From assembly GCF_006345805.1 (NCBI RefSeq), contig NC_043020.1, positions 26,908,001 to 26,972,000 on the forward strand: 64,000 bases of DNA, written 5' to 3'. How positions within the stretch are numbered: position 1 is the first letter of the stretch; each line of letters starts with the position of its first letter. The DNA is from Octopus sinensis (taxonomy: Eukaryota). The notes below the pieces were generated by a model. That model was not told the origin of the DNA. It searched no databases and was given only the letters and a program-made list of their open reading frames with translations. Shown here in pieces: positions 51,588-64,000 of the stretch. A program made the translations under genes and the position numbers.

Positions 51588-52394
51588 ACGTACAGGACTA
51601 GGGGTTTGGAATCTGAGCAGGAACCTTATTAGCACTCTGGTATAAAATAGATCTGGTGGCTAACCACATCGAATGTAACAATTATATAACACAGCACTCT
51701 CTCGACAGGTAAATGGAGAATTACGTACATCTTCCAAAATTAGCTTATTACAGTGTTGTCCTCATTAAATTCACATGAAATTTTGAAGATGTATATTCCC
51801 CATTCTTCTTTGGGTTATACTCACTCACACAAACACAGACAAAAGTAAAGGCACAAGTTCGAGCAAGGTTGTTTAAGGAAGACCAGCAGTCGCTCTTGCT
51901 TCCCATCTTCAAGGGAACGCAAAGGAGCAATACAGCTTGGCACCAGTGACGTCACAACTCATTTCTGCAGCTGAGTGAACCGGAGCAACGTGAAATAAAG
52001 TGTCTTGCTCAAGAACATGACACACAGTCCGGTCCGGGAATCGAACTCACTACCTCATGATTGTAAACCCGTCACTCTCAGACTTCACAGACACATGACA
52101 CACACAGAGAGGAGCGGTGGGAAAGATAAAAATTCTAGCAAAATGCAGAAGTTGATAATTAAGTAATTTGCAGCAAGGAAGATACATTTCAAGGATTCAA
52201 AGAAAGTTGTTTATTTACTGTGTCAAAATTTCCGTCGCATTGTCTGCAGCCTGGTAACTGACAGGGTCTCGTCTTTCTATCAAATTTTTACAGAGACAAG
52301 TTCAAAATTGCACAATTTACTACGAGAATAATTGCCACCTTTGTCGTCCACATCTCCTAGGTTACATACACACACACACACACACTCGCACACA

Positions 52395-52436
<42 letters not shown>

Positions 52437-52494
52437 GAGAGAGAGAGAGAGAGTATAAATGTGCATTTCTTCTGTACACTGAAGTCAGCCAGCC

Positions 52495-52807
52495 CAGTTG
52501 TTCTGAACCATTTTTGATCGATAGACCCCTTTGATTACCACTCTATTCTGGCGGACTCCCGTAGTCATTCCATGTTTAAAAAGCTAGCCTTATAGATGAT
52601 ACTTTAATAGAAACCTGTGTAGGGTGTACTCTATAAAACGTTAGAGAACGAGTCCAAGGTGTTTCTTCAAATAAACACATCAAAATATTTTCATGGGCCC
52701 TTAATATATTACATTGGGCCCCTAATTTGGCTATTTTGCTTGCGCATAACCCCCAGAACCTAATTTGGGCCCTCAGTGATTATATGGACTCCAGTCGTGA
52801 AATACTG
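52495..52807. mobile_element. hAT-like MITE relic (duplicated at 54059-54372)
   Basis: Ends CAGTTGTTCTGAACC and GTGAAATACTG; internal GGGCCC motifs. Confidence 0.5.
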
Positions 52808-52904
52808 AGGTAGCCAGTACTTGTGAATGAGCTGCACACAGTATTCTGCAGGATTTTCTTTATCCGACTCTCACATATTGGTGTATATGTGTGTGTGAGG
52901 ACGC

Positions 52905-53110
52905 CATGATAGAGCGTTAGCTCCTACACGCATTTTTTTCTCTCCTTGTTTTTTTTTCTGTGTATCTTTCTGTCGAAGAGCGTAGGGTCGAAACGTAAAA
53001 GACTTGTTCTATTTCTATTCCTCAGCGCCATACTAATACATTTGTTTGTTTGTACTCCACCTGCCTTCGTCTTTTGTTTATTTTCGTAAACCTTCCCGTT
53101 ACACACACAC
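52905..53110 (+). mobile_element. Short PLE-like repeat with a minimal hammerhead-like motif (52965-53003; duplicate at 54529-54567)
   Basis: UCUUU CUGUCGA A GAGC GUAG GGUC GAAACGUA AAAGA. Stem I is 5 bp, with an ACGU palindrome and a GUA site. Ends in (AC)n/(TA)n. Confidence 0.6.
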
Positions 53111-53114
53111 ACAT

Positions 53115-53146
<32 letters not shown>

Positions 53147-53962
53147 ATATTATATAACGTACAGGACTAGGGGTTTGGAATCTGAGCAGGAACCTTATTA
53201 GCACTCTGGTATAAAATAGATCTGGTGGCTAACCACATCGAATGTAACAATTATATAACACAGCACTCTCTCGACAGGTAAATGGAGAATTACGTACATC
53301 TTCCAAAATTAGCTTATTACAGTGTTGTCCTCATTAAATTCACATGAAATTTTGAAGATGTATAATTCCCCATTCTTCTTTGGGTTATACTCACTCACAC
53401 AAACACAGACAAAAGTAAAGGCACAAGTTCGAGCAAGGTTGTTTAAGGAAGACCAGCAGTCGCTCTTGCTTCCCATCTTCAAGGGAACGCAAAGGAGCAA
53501 TACAGCTTGGCACCAGTGACGTCACAACTCATTTCTGCAGCTGAGTGAACCGGAGCAACGTGAAATAAAGTGTCTTGCTCAAGAACATGACACACAGTCC
53601 GGTCCGGGAATCGAACTCACTACCTCATGATTGTAAACCCGTCACTCTCAGACTTCACAGACACATGACACACACAGAGAGGAGCGGTGGGAAAGATAAA
53701 AATTCTAGCAAAATGCAGAAGTTGATAATTAAGTAATTTGCAGCAAGGAAGATACATTTCAAGGATTCAAAGAAAGTTGTTTATTTACTGTGTCAAAATT
53801 TCCGTCGCATTGTCTGCAGCCTGGTAACTGACAGGGTCTCGTCTTTCTATCAAATTTTTACAGAGACAAGTTCAAAATTGCACAATTTACTACGAGAATA
53901 ATTGCCACCTTTGTCGTCCACATCTCCTAGGTTACATACACACACACACACACTCGCACACA

Positions 53963-53997
<35 letters not shown>

Positions 53998-54676
53998 ACA
54001 AAGAGAGAGAGAGAGAGTATAAATGTGCATTTCTTCTGTACACTGAAGTCAGCCAGCCCAGTTGTTCTGAACCATTTTTGATCGATAGACCCCTTTGATT
54101 ACCACTCTATTCTGGCGGACTCCCGTAGTCATTCCATGTTTAAAAAGCTAGCCTTATAGATGATACTTTAATAGAAACCTGTGTAGGGTGTACTCTATAA
54201 AACGTTAGAGAACGAGTCCAAGGTGTTTCTTCAAATAAACACATCAAAATATTTTCAATGGGCCCTTAATATATTACATTGGGCCCCTAATTTGGCTATT
54301 TTGCTTGCGCATAACCCCCAGAACCTAATTTGGGCCCTCAGTGATTATATGGACTCCAGTCGTGAAATACTGAGGTAGCCAGTACTTGTGAATGAGCTGC
54401 ACACGTATTCTGCAGGATTTTCTTTATCCGACTCTCACATATTGGTGTATATGTGTGTGTGAGGACGCCATGATAGAGCGTTAGCTCCTACACGCATTTT
54501 TTTCTCTCCTTGTTTTTTTTTCTGTGTATCTTTCTGTCGAAGAGCGTAGGGTCGAAACGTAAAAGACTTGTTCTATTTCTATTCCTCAGCGCCATACTAA
54601 TACATTTGTTTGTTTGTACTCCACCTGCCTTCGTCTTTTGTTTATTTTCGTAAACCTTCCCGTTACACACACACAC

Positions 54677-54714
<38 letters not shown>

Positions 54715-55284
54715 AGTGTATAATCTTTTACTTGTTGCAGTCACTTGGCTGAGGCTATGTTGTATAATGCTTTTATATATATATATATATATATATATGA
54801 TATATAATATATATTTATCAAATCTCTAGAAAATGACAACCCTTCGAAGGACAATTTAACATTTCCATCGTTACTCGTCCTTACACAGACAAAAAGTAAT
54901 GTTTTTGGTGAGGTTGAAGTTTTAGAAATGTCTTGTTGCAGCTGGCTTCCAGTCGTATTTACATCCTGAACAAATCACATTTATTAGTCTGGCTTCAAAA
55001 GTCGTCTGCAGAACAAGATTTAGACGGATAAACATTTTTCATTACATGTCTAATGATTAATTAATTAAATTGTTAAATAAATATTAGGAAAAAAAAAAAA
55101 AAATTCTGATTGTCTGTAGATGCAATAGGTTTCAAATTTTTTGTTTTGCAAATTAATTTTATTGTGTGTGTGTGTTGTTGATGTAATTATTATTAAATTT
55201 CTTGGAAATTAATGAACAATTATAAATTTTTTTTTGATTGGCGACAACAAAATTGATGCATCCGGACTTTTCAGTCCTCACACA

Positions 55285-55555
55285 TCATCATCATCATCAT
55301 CGTTTAACGTCCGCTTTCCATGCTGGCATGGGTTGGACGGTTCAACTGGGGTCTGGGAAGCCAGAAGGCTGCACCAGACTCCAGTCTGATCTGGCAGTGT
55401 TTCTACAGCTGGATGCCCTTCCTAAAAGCCAACCACTCCATGAGTGTAGTGGGTGCATTTTACGTGCCACCTGCACAGGTGCCAGACGAGGCTGGCAAAC
55501 GGCCACGATCGGATGGTGCTTTTTACGTGCCACCGGCACGGGGGTCAGACGACAA
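55285..55555 (-). mobile_element. SINE family C
   Basis: (CAT)n CGTTTAACGTCCGCTTTCCATGCTGGCATGGGTTGGACG.. Confidence 0.85.
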
Positions 55556-57821
55556 ATGTGCTCACGTGTTTCTTATTTAGAGCTACATAGCCAGCAATCG
55601 TATGTATGTATGTATGGCTGTGTGGTAAGTAGCTTGCTTACCAACCACTGTGTGGCACCTCGGGCAAGTGTCTTCTACTATAGCCTCCGGCCGACCAAAG
55701 CCTTGAACCCGGTACTCTGTGGTTCGTAAGCAAGCTACTTACCACACAGCCACTCCTACGCATATACTTGATTTTATCCACTCAGAAGTCAGACGAGAGC
55801 AAACTTAACCTTGGCGGGGTTTCGTCTCGGAACATAAAGAGCCGTGTCTAAAGAATTATGTAGCATGTTATTGTATTTACTTTTCATGTTATGCCTTTTG
55901 ACTTGTATCTATAGCTTTGTATGAAATAGTATGTCACTTCTATTGTATTAGCACAGCTCTATTGTATATCAACGTTTTCACTCTCTTTTCCATAGTGTCT
56001 ATACCGCTCTATTATATAATCACTATGTTCTCCCCTTCTATGACGTCTACCTCTGCAAATGCGACAGTTTGCTTCAATCCCTAATGAAAATTCTCTACGA
56101 CTAAGCTCGACCTGCGAGAGAAGTGCTTCTCAACTGGGGTCTACATGACCCTTAGGGGTCCATACATAAGATTTTGTTAACAAAACTTGTGCAATAAACC
56201 GGTTATACCTTTACAATATACAAAATGTTTTAATTTTTCTTCACAGAATACTTAATAATATTTAAGTATACATATAGGCGTAGGAGTGGCTGTGGTAAGT
56301 AGCTTGCTTACGAACCACATGGTTCCGAGTTCAGTCCCACTATAGCCTCGGGTCGACGAAAGCCTTGTGAGAGGATTTGGTAGACGGAAAATGAAAGAAT
56401 CACGTCTTTAGACGGCAGCCATTTTTTTAAAGTGTGGTACTTATTTTATCTGTCGGCTTTGCCGAACCGCCAAATTATAGGGATGTAAACATAACGCCAG
56501 TTGTCAATCGGTGGTGAAGAAGAGACGCATACGATGGGTTTCTTTCAGTTTCCGTCTACCAATTCCACCCAAAAGGCTTGAGTCGGGCCGAGGTTATGAC
56601 AGAAGACGCTTGCCCAAGGTGTCACGAAGTGGGACTGAACCCGGGATCATGTAGTTCGAAAGCAAGCTTCTTATCACAGTCACGCCAGCTGTATGATTTG
56701 TAAAAGAAAGGAGGAGCGTTCGTAGTGAATGGTCTCAGAATAGGGTTGAGAGAAGGAAGGGCAGCAGTAAAACGAAAATGAGTAGTTGTACGAGGAGGAA
56801 AGTCGATAGTAAAAGGAAAAGGAGCAACAGTAGGAGGTGGATGAGCAGAGTGAAACTGAAGGAAACCCGCTGTCAGTTTTACCACACTAGGGATGGGTGA
56901 CCCAAGCTTATGGTAAATGATACATGTAAATCAAAATATTTAAATTTGCGGCCCATGCTCACGCCCCTTTGTTAAAAGTAAGGCCGTTGGATAAAAGTTT
57001 TGGTAAACTGTTGGACAAGACGTTTTAGTTAGTTACAACTCTTTTGCGATCTGATCTTGGATTCTTGGAACGAAGTGGAATTCCAGTGAAAATCGCCGAA
57101 GGATCAGGTGATGGTGTTTCAAGTGGGGAATGCGAATCTTCGTCGTCGTTGTCATCAGCGGCCTTGTTGTTATCGTGGTCATCTTCATCATTGTCCTTGT
57201 CGTTCTCGCCATCGAAGTCATCGTTTTAACGCCCCCCTCCCCGCCATAGTTTCACGTATCGGACGCAATTTGCTCATTTGCTTCGTTCGACCAAAGTTTG
57301 TTGACTCCGGTGGAAAGAAGGTGGCATCGTAAGGTTTTTGCGAAGAAAAACGCTTTGTTGATGAGAAAACAGAGATAGATAATGAGGGAGAACTGAAAAA
57401 ATGTAAAAACGGGATTGGCGGGAATAATAATGAGGACGGGAGTGGGATTGGTGGGGGGTGGAGGTCACCAGGTGAAACAGATGTCAGGAGGTTTTGAATT
57501 GTCGAGGAAAATAAAGGAGAGAGAGGAAGAAAGAGACTTAATGCAAAGCAATTGAACTTACAGCATTATTTCCCCTCTTTCCCCCCTCCCCCCTCAACCG
57601 TATTCATCACTCCCCCCACTACTTATCCCTTTCATGCTCCTCTCTCTCCCTCTTTTTCTATTTCCTCCATTTCTTAAATCCTTCTTCTCTAGCATTTTCT
57701 CTTCTTGGCTCATTGTCTTGTCTTGCCCACTAAACACCCAGCCCCTACCCGCACATGATGTTTTGTGTCCCCTGTATTTTTATTCCCCACTTCTCCTCTT
57801 GTTCCCTTTCGGTAATTTAAG

Positions 57822-58043
57822 TAAGGCGGCGAGCTGGTAGAAACGTTAGCACGCCGGGCGAAATGCTTAGTGGTATTTCGTCTGCCGTTACGTTGTGAGT
57901 TCAAATTCCGCCGATGTCGACTTTGCCTTTCATCCTTTCGGGGTCAATAAATTAAGTACCAGTTACGCACTGGGGTCGATGTAATCGACTTAATACCTAT
58001 GTCTGTCCTTGTTTGTCCCCTCTTGTGGGTAATAAAGAAATAG
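57822..58043 (+). mobile_element. SINE family A (full length)
   Basis: AAGGCGGCGAGCTGGTAGAAACGTTAGCACGCCGGG..CTTGTGGGTAATAAAGAAATAGG. Confidence 0.85.
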
Positions 58044-58522
58044 GTAATTTAATGACAATGACCAACTCCCACCACCTCCGATGCTCTCTGATAAATTGAC
58101 ATCCATCAATATCATCCTCATCATTTGCGTTTAACGTCCTTTTCTCCACCTGCATGGGTCAGACGAATTTGTCGAGGCAGATGTCATACTCTAACTATGT
58201 ATACAGGTTTAGAAGGCATAATGCTGTGGTTTTTTACCCGAGAGAACATCTCTATATAGACATGATATATTTAAAAGTATTTGGGTGAGAGGCACAGTTT
58301 CGTTTAGACATGTGAACCCAGATGCAAGGTTTACATCATTAACAAGGCCCAAAAGAGGCGAAATACGTTTACATGCTTTTGAGTCACTGATGCGACGACT
58401 ATTCGGCTATGATTTATTGTGCTTTCAAGGCAGCGCGCCTTTAGGTAGATTTTCTCTGAGATAAATTCCTCCCCACAGCATCATGCATTTCAGTGGTGTA
58501 TCTCGAAAACAGTGAGAGCCTG

Positions 58523-58561
<39 letters not shown>

Positions 58562-58839
58562 CGTGTTTTTCTCCAACCACCGCTTGACAAACCGGCGTTG
58601 GTTTGTTTACCTCTCCGTAACTTAGAGGTTCGGAAAACCGACCGATAGAATAAGTTCTAGACACAAAAGAAAGTACTAAGGTGGAGCTTTTCGACTAAGT
58701 CCGTCAAGGTGTTGCTCCAGCATGACCGCTGTCATATGACTGGAGCAAGTATAAGAATAAGAGAATAAAAAACAACAAGCTTCTTGCATTCAAATATTTA
58801 TTGTCTTAGAATACTGCGATAAAATATGACAATAAGTTG

Positions 58840-59515
58840 TGATCTGGATTAGTTAATCTGTGATCGGGATTAGTTAATATTGGTTTCAAATTTTGACTCA
58901 AGGACAGCAGTCCTGGCCATTTAATCTAAATCTGGATTAGTAGCAGTCTGTATCAATACTAACATGTGGCTTTTCTGGTGGCTGAATTTAAATCTGGATT
59001 AGTAGTCGTGTGTATTAATACTAATCTAGGCAGGTGGTGGTTTATTTGAATTACTGGTGTCTATAATACAAGTGTCTCGATTATCATAATCGTTTATTAT
59101 AACCACTGGTCTATGGAGTGTTCAGATAAACTGAAGATTAGCGACAGTGACTCTCGTGGATTATTGGCGATGTCTGTTATGGATTAGCAACACAGTTTCT
59201 TCCATGGATTAGTGATGCTGTCTCTCACGGATTAACATTATCAGTAGCAGTCATGCATCAGTGAGTCTGTGTCCATGCAACAGTAACATATTCCGTCATG
59301 GATTAGTGAAACTGTTGCAGTCATGGATTAATGTCACTGTCCCAGCCATGGATTAGTGACGCTGACTCATGGATTATCATTAGCATTCTGTCATGCTTCA
59401 ATGACTCTGTGTCGTTGATCAGTACCGCTCTCTCAGTCATGGATTGATGTCTCTGCTTCTACCGTGGATTAGTGAAATCTTTTCTATCACAGATTAGCTG
59501 TAGTGGATTAATGAC
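58840..59515 (+). repeat. Degenerate tandem array of a (CAT)GGATTA(G)TGA-type motif
   Basis: 14 exact GGATTA hexamers between 58846 and 59510, all on the + strand. Confidence 0.8.
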
Positions 59516-60919
59516 GCTCCACCGCATTATCTCTTCCACGTTGGATGGATCTGTGGCGATGTCCCTTCCATTAATTTATAATGTTGCTCCTGACGGTCCT
59601 CCAATATGATCCCTGCTGAGTGTGAGCCGATAAAATAGTCTGTCAAGCAGTGGCGGACGATGTGACCCACACGACTGAAGGGCAAAGTCGACCTCGGCGA
59701 AATTAGAGCGATAGGCTCAAAGCCTGAAATTTGCAGGTCGGGGGAGCCATTCGATTACATCAACCCCAGTCCTTGACGGGTTCTTATTTTATCGTCTCCG
59801 AAAGGATGAAAGGCAAAGTCGACCCCTGCGGAATTTGAACTCGAAACGCAAACACGGACGAAATACCACAAAGCATTTTGTCTGGTGTGCTAACGATTCT
59901 GCCAAATCGCCAGCCACTAATAATCCTTTTTACTAAAGCAGGGGTCCCCAAACTTTTTAGACCATCGACCCCTTCATGGATTCCTTGACACCCTCATCAA
60001 CCCCCCAAGTAATAATTAGATGTGCATTACCCACCCTTTGAATACCCCTGTACTATAGGCACGAGGCGTGGAACTTTGGGGGAAGGGACAAGTCAATTTA
60101 CTTCGACCCCAGTGGTTCACTGGTATTTAATTTATCGATCCCGAAGGGATGAAAGACAAAGTCGACCTCGGTGGAATTTGAACTCAGAACGTAAAGACGG
60201 TCGTATTACCACTAAGCATTGTCCGGTGTGCTTAACGATTTTACCAGCTCGCTGTCTTATAAATAACGGTTTCAGAGCTTGCAGTTTTTTGAGGGGAGGG
60301 GAAGGGACCATTAGATCACTCTCGGAGATTAAATGGTATTTAATTTTATCGTTCTTGAAAGCATGAATAACAAAGTCGAACTCATCGGAATTTGAAATCA
60401 ACGTAAGGAGTCGATAAGGGTCTGGAATTTTAGGAGGGGTTGGTGACAGACGATATTATTAACACAAAACACAAAACCCCTGTAATTGGTTGGTATTTAT
60501 TCGAAAGAATAAGGCAAAGTCAACCTCAGAATAACCACTTCGGAACATGAAGATCGGCGAAAAGAGAATGTTCCCTCCCACAATAAAATCGCATATGTTC
60601 TTAAATTCCGCAAACTTAAAAAGGGTCTTTTTCTTTTTTCGGCAGTTTCCTTTCGAAGTAGTTTTAATGTGAGAATGAACTAGAAAAAAATTAAGGCTGC
60701 GTGGGATTGTGGGGGAGCATAGTGACCATTCAGAAACCTTAAACCAAATAAGGCATTTCGTGGTAGTCAGGTTTCAGTTTCTCCCGAATTTTTCGTTAGC
60801 GACATTGAAGGAGGGAAGAAAAGGTTTTTACAGCGCAAGCGTAATGGTGCCCAACCCAGAAAGAGGCTAAACAGTTTATAGCAAAGGCAACATCTCCCCC
60901 TTTCATTGTGAATAATGTG

Positions 60920-61015
60920 ATAGAGAGGAGGGTGAGGCGGAGGTGAAGAGGCGCTCACTGCCTGACGCCATGCAACAGGAATTGTTGGTTGGTGTGTTTG
61001 GCCAATGAGAGTTAA
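60920..61015. promoter_or_regulatory. Promoter-like motif cluster (GC box-like, CRE-like, CCAAT)
   Basis: GAGGCGGAG at ~60935, TGACGCCA at 60963-60970 and GGCCAATGA with CCAAT at 61002-61006, in unique sequence. Confidence 0.25.
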
Positions 61016-61199
61016 AGGAAATAAGCTAGGAGCAGAGTGGGACTACACGCACGCACGCACGCACGCACATAGGCACGCATGCGCAGTCACATGAACTTGT
61101 GTATACGTTTGTAAAGATATTTATATATATATACATACACGCATACAGAAATGAATCGTGTATATATGTAAATAAATGTGTGATATACACACATCCATT

Positions 61200-61391
61200 G
61201 GCGATCCTTCGGTATAGGTACCGTAAGTACCGGAAGTGGCATTTCTGAAGATAACAGAAACCTTTTTCTCCCACCCCTAATCCAAACCCTAATCCACCAC
61301 CATATATATATATTATATATATATATATAATATATATATATAACACTTTAAATGTATCCGGTACTTCTGGTACCTATATCGAAGTTACGCC
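61200..61391 (+). mobile_element. MITE, Mutator-like family (copy 2)
   Basis: GGCGATCCTTCGGTATAGGTACC..GGTACCTATATCGAAGTTACGCC; perfect 9-bp TSD ACATCCATT at 61191-61199 and 61392-61400. Confidence 0.85.
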
Positions 61392-62580
61392 ACATCCATT
61401 TTATATACGCATCTATTTTATTCATTTACTTGTTTCAGTCATTCGACTGCGGCCATGCTGGTGCACCGCGTCTTGAAAGGTCTTTTTAGTGGAAGAAATC
61501 GATCGCAGGACTTATGCTATTGCTTTCTTTCACCGAACCGCTAGTTTACGGGACGTAAACACACCGACATCGGTTGTCAAGCGGTGGTGGTGGGGGACAA
61601 ACAGACAGACACACACACACAACATCCATCTCCCTCAGGTTTGTTTTGCCGAACTTCTCACTAAGAGGGACATAAACAGACTAACAACGGATGTCGAGCG
61701 AACCTCTCACTAAGAGGAACATAAACAGACTAACAGCGGATGTCAAGCGGGTTTTGGGTGGGTGGCAAACACATCCGAAGACACCAGAGCCATCCATAAT
61801 AAAAGAGACTTGCCCAAAATGCGTGCACTTGGACTAAACCGGAAATCACGTGGTTCCAAACCTGGCTTCTAGATCCACCCGCACCCACCCACACATACAT
61901 CAACATCCACCCCTCCCCCCATAGACACACACCCAGAGGTATTTAAGTCCAAAGGCAGACAACAAAAACTTTATTGTTTGTTTTCTTAAATACACAAAAT
62001 GACTTTCCTACCATCTTAAATAGTTGCCCGTTTTTGAAAACGCGTTCTCACATAAAAAGAAAATAAGTTACTTGCCAAACAGGCAACCAGTCAACAAACA
62101 CGTGTATTTGTATGTGCCCCCTACACACAGACACACACCACACACACACACACTAGTATATCTTTGAATAAGTACCAGACTTTGATAAGAAAGAATAATT
62201 CAACGCAAGAGTTGATTCTAAATATATATCGATCCACAAAGGATAATAGGCGAAGTTTGACCAAGATGGGATTCGAACCTGGTGAGCAGAGAGCCGACGC
62301 AATGTCTGTCTGTCGTCGTGGCTCTGTAGGAAGTTTGTTTCCCAACCACACGGTGCCGGATTCAGTCCCACTGCAAAACAATTTGGGCAAATGTTGCCTC
62401 AGACCAACTAAAATCTTAGAAGTGGATTTGATTGACGGAAACTAAAAGAAGCCTCTGTGTGTGCGTGTGTGTGTCTGTGCGCCTCTGTTTTTCGTCAACT
62501 GCCGCTTGACGACTGGTGTTGTTCTATTTACGTTCCCGGAGACTCTTAGAACAAACATTAATCTTTAAAGAAGTTAACTA

Positions 62581-62770
62581 GGCGATCCTTCGGTATAGGT
62601 ACCGTAAGTACCGTAAGTGGCTTTGTTTACATTTCTGAAGGTAACAGAAACCCTTTTCTCCCACCCTTAACCCTAACACAAACCCTAACCCCCCCCCACA
62701 TATATATATATATATAAACACTTTCTTGAAATGTATCCGGTACTTCCGGTACCTATACCGAAGTTACACC
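62581..62770 (+). mobile_element. MITE, Mutator-like family (copy 3)
   Basis: Same TIRs, internal CCCTAACC tract and (TA)n; TSD not clearly preserved. Confidence 0.8.
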
Positions 62771-63262
62771 GATAGCTAAATACTAGCGACGATTCCTTCG
62801 ACAAAAAATTCCCAGTAGACGATACCCCAGCATGGTCGCAGGCTAATAATCGAAGCAAATAAAATATAAGTAGTACAGACGTTTAAACACTCCGTACGTA
62901 CGGCCCTCCTAAAACAAAAAAAGAGGAACAAGAAGCGAAAAATCTATAGAATTCTGTGTTTTTGTTTGGGGGAGTGTTTTAAAGCGAATCTGTACATATA
63001 AGAAGATATGAGTACGGGGGGAGGGAAGGAAAAATAGTAGAACGGCGCCTGGTTGGTTCTCGGCAAAGAGTTAATGTATATAGATTGTATGTAATGTATG
63101 CTTATATGAGAGAGGACGAGTGTGAGAAGTGTGCACACCCACACGATAGCTGTGAAAATACGAGGCAATAAATGGTTTTTGGTTGTGTTTGTTATTGGCC
63201 AACGTTCGTCAGTTGAAGAGAGAAAAAGGAAGCAGCGAGTCTCGGTAGCATTCGGCTTGCTA

Positions 63263-63295
<33 letters not shown>

Positions 63296-63504
63296 ATCTT
63301 TCGTTTTAGGCGCAGGCGTGGTTTTGTGGTTAGAACGCTTGTTCGCCGACCGTAATGAAATCGGGTTCAGTCCCCAAGTGGGCGATGGCTACTTTGTCCC
63401 CTTCTGACTATACAGCCTCGGAGCCGACCCAAAAGTTTTCAACGGATTTCGGCGGAAGAGAAACTGGGGGAAGGGGGAGGGGAACGAAGGGGGCTGTATG
63501 TGTT

Positions 63505-63545
<41 letters not shown>

Positions 63546-63786
63546 TATATATATATGTGTATGTAGATATATGTGTGTGTGGTGTGTGTAAATATGTGTA
63601 TGTAGATATATGTGTGTGTGTGTGTGTAAATATGTGTATGTAGATATATATGTGTGTGTGTGTGTATATATATGTCAGTATGTGTGTGTATGTATATATA
63701 TATGTTAGTATGTGTGTGTGTATGTGTATGTATATATATATGTTAGTATGTGTGTATGTATATATATGTCAGTATGTGTCTATATG

Positions 63787-63821
<35 letters not shown>

Positions 63822-64000
63822 GTGTGTGTGCGTGCGTATATGTGTGTGTGTATGTATATATATATATGTGTGTGTGTGTATACATAGAGAGAGAGAGAGT
63901 AGGCGTAGCATTTAGAAGCAGTATCACTACGTATTGGTTTCTAATGCGATGATGATGATGATGATGACAATAATAATGTTAATAATAATAACAAATAGTG

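Larger units (their letters stand above)
51581..54712 (+). repeat. Tandem duplication of a ~1.57-kb unit bounded by (TA)n arrays
   Basis: AACGTACAGGACTAGGGG at ~51587 and ~53156. By eye the units differ only in microsatellite lengths and three 1-nt indels. Confidence 0.95.
1..64000. repeat. Dense dispersed microsatellites: (TA)n, (CA)n/(TG)n, (GA)n, (TAA)n, (CAT)n, (TAC)n, (GATA)n
   Basis: Seen directly, e.g. 1975-2025, 5222-5350, 12070-12170, 34635-34690, 43380-43490, 63505-63900. They explain the YIYI/THTH/CVCV ORFs in the track. Confidence 0.98.

Noticed and set aside
59140-59515. CRISPR-like repeat-spacer array
   Set aside because: Eukaryotic context; the repeats are short and degenerate, the spacers are mutually related, and there are no cas genes.

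Overview
AT-rich, repeat-dense eukaryotic non-coding DNA (intronic or intergenic), packed with microsatellites and tRNA-derived SINEs. I recognise the SINE and MITE families from octopus (cephalopod) genomes; this is recall, not a database result. No complete protein-coding gene can be supported, and almost all listed ORFs are microsatellite or SINE artefacts. Recognisable coding relics are LINE 3' ends (CR1 at ~1.7 kb; RTE at ~29.1 kb with a 10-bp TSD), a mariner C-terminus and a possible Gypsy gag fragment. There is also a 1.7-kb foldback element, a MITE family with 9-bp TSDs, a 1.57-kb tandem duplication, a 77-bp minisatellite and a 100-N gap. The most interesting signal is a set of type-I hammerhead-ribozyme-like motifs of the Penelope-like-element (PLE) kind. 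There are nine motifs in at least three sequence families, with recurrent core variants (U4C, substituted A6) and one divergent inverted pair. Other leads are a one-strand cluster of 14 GGATTA (K50 homeodomain) sites and several promoter-like or first-exon candidates of low confidence.
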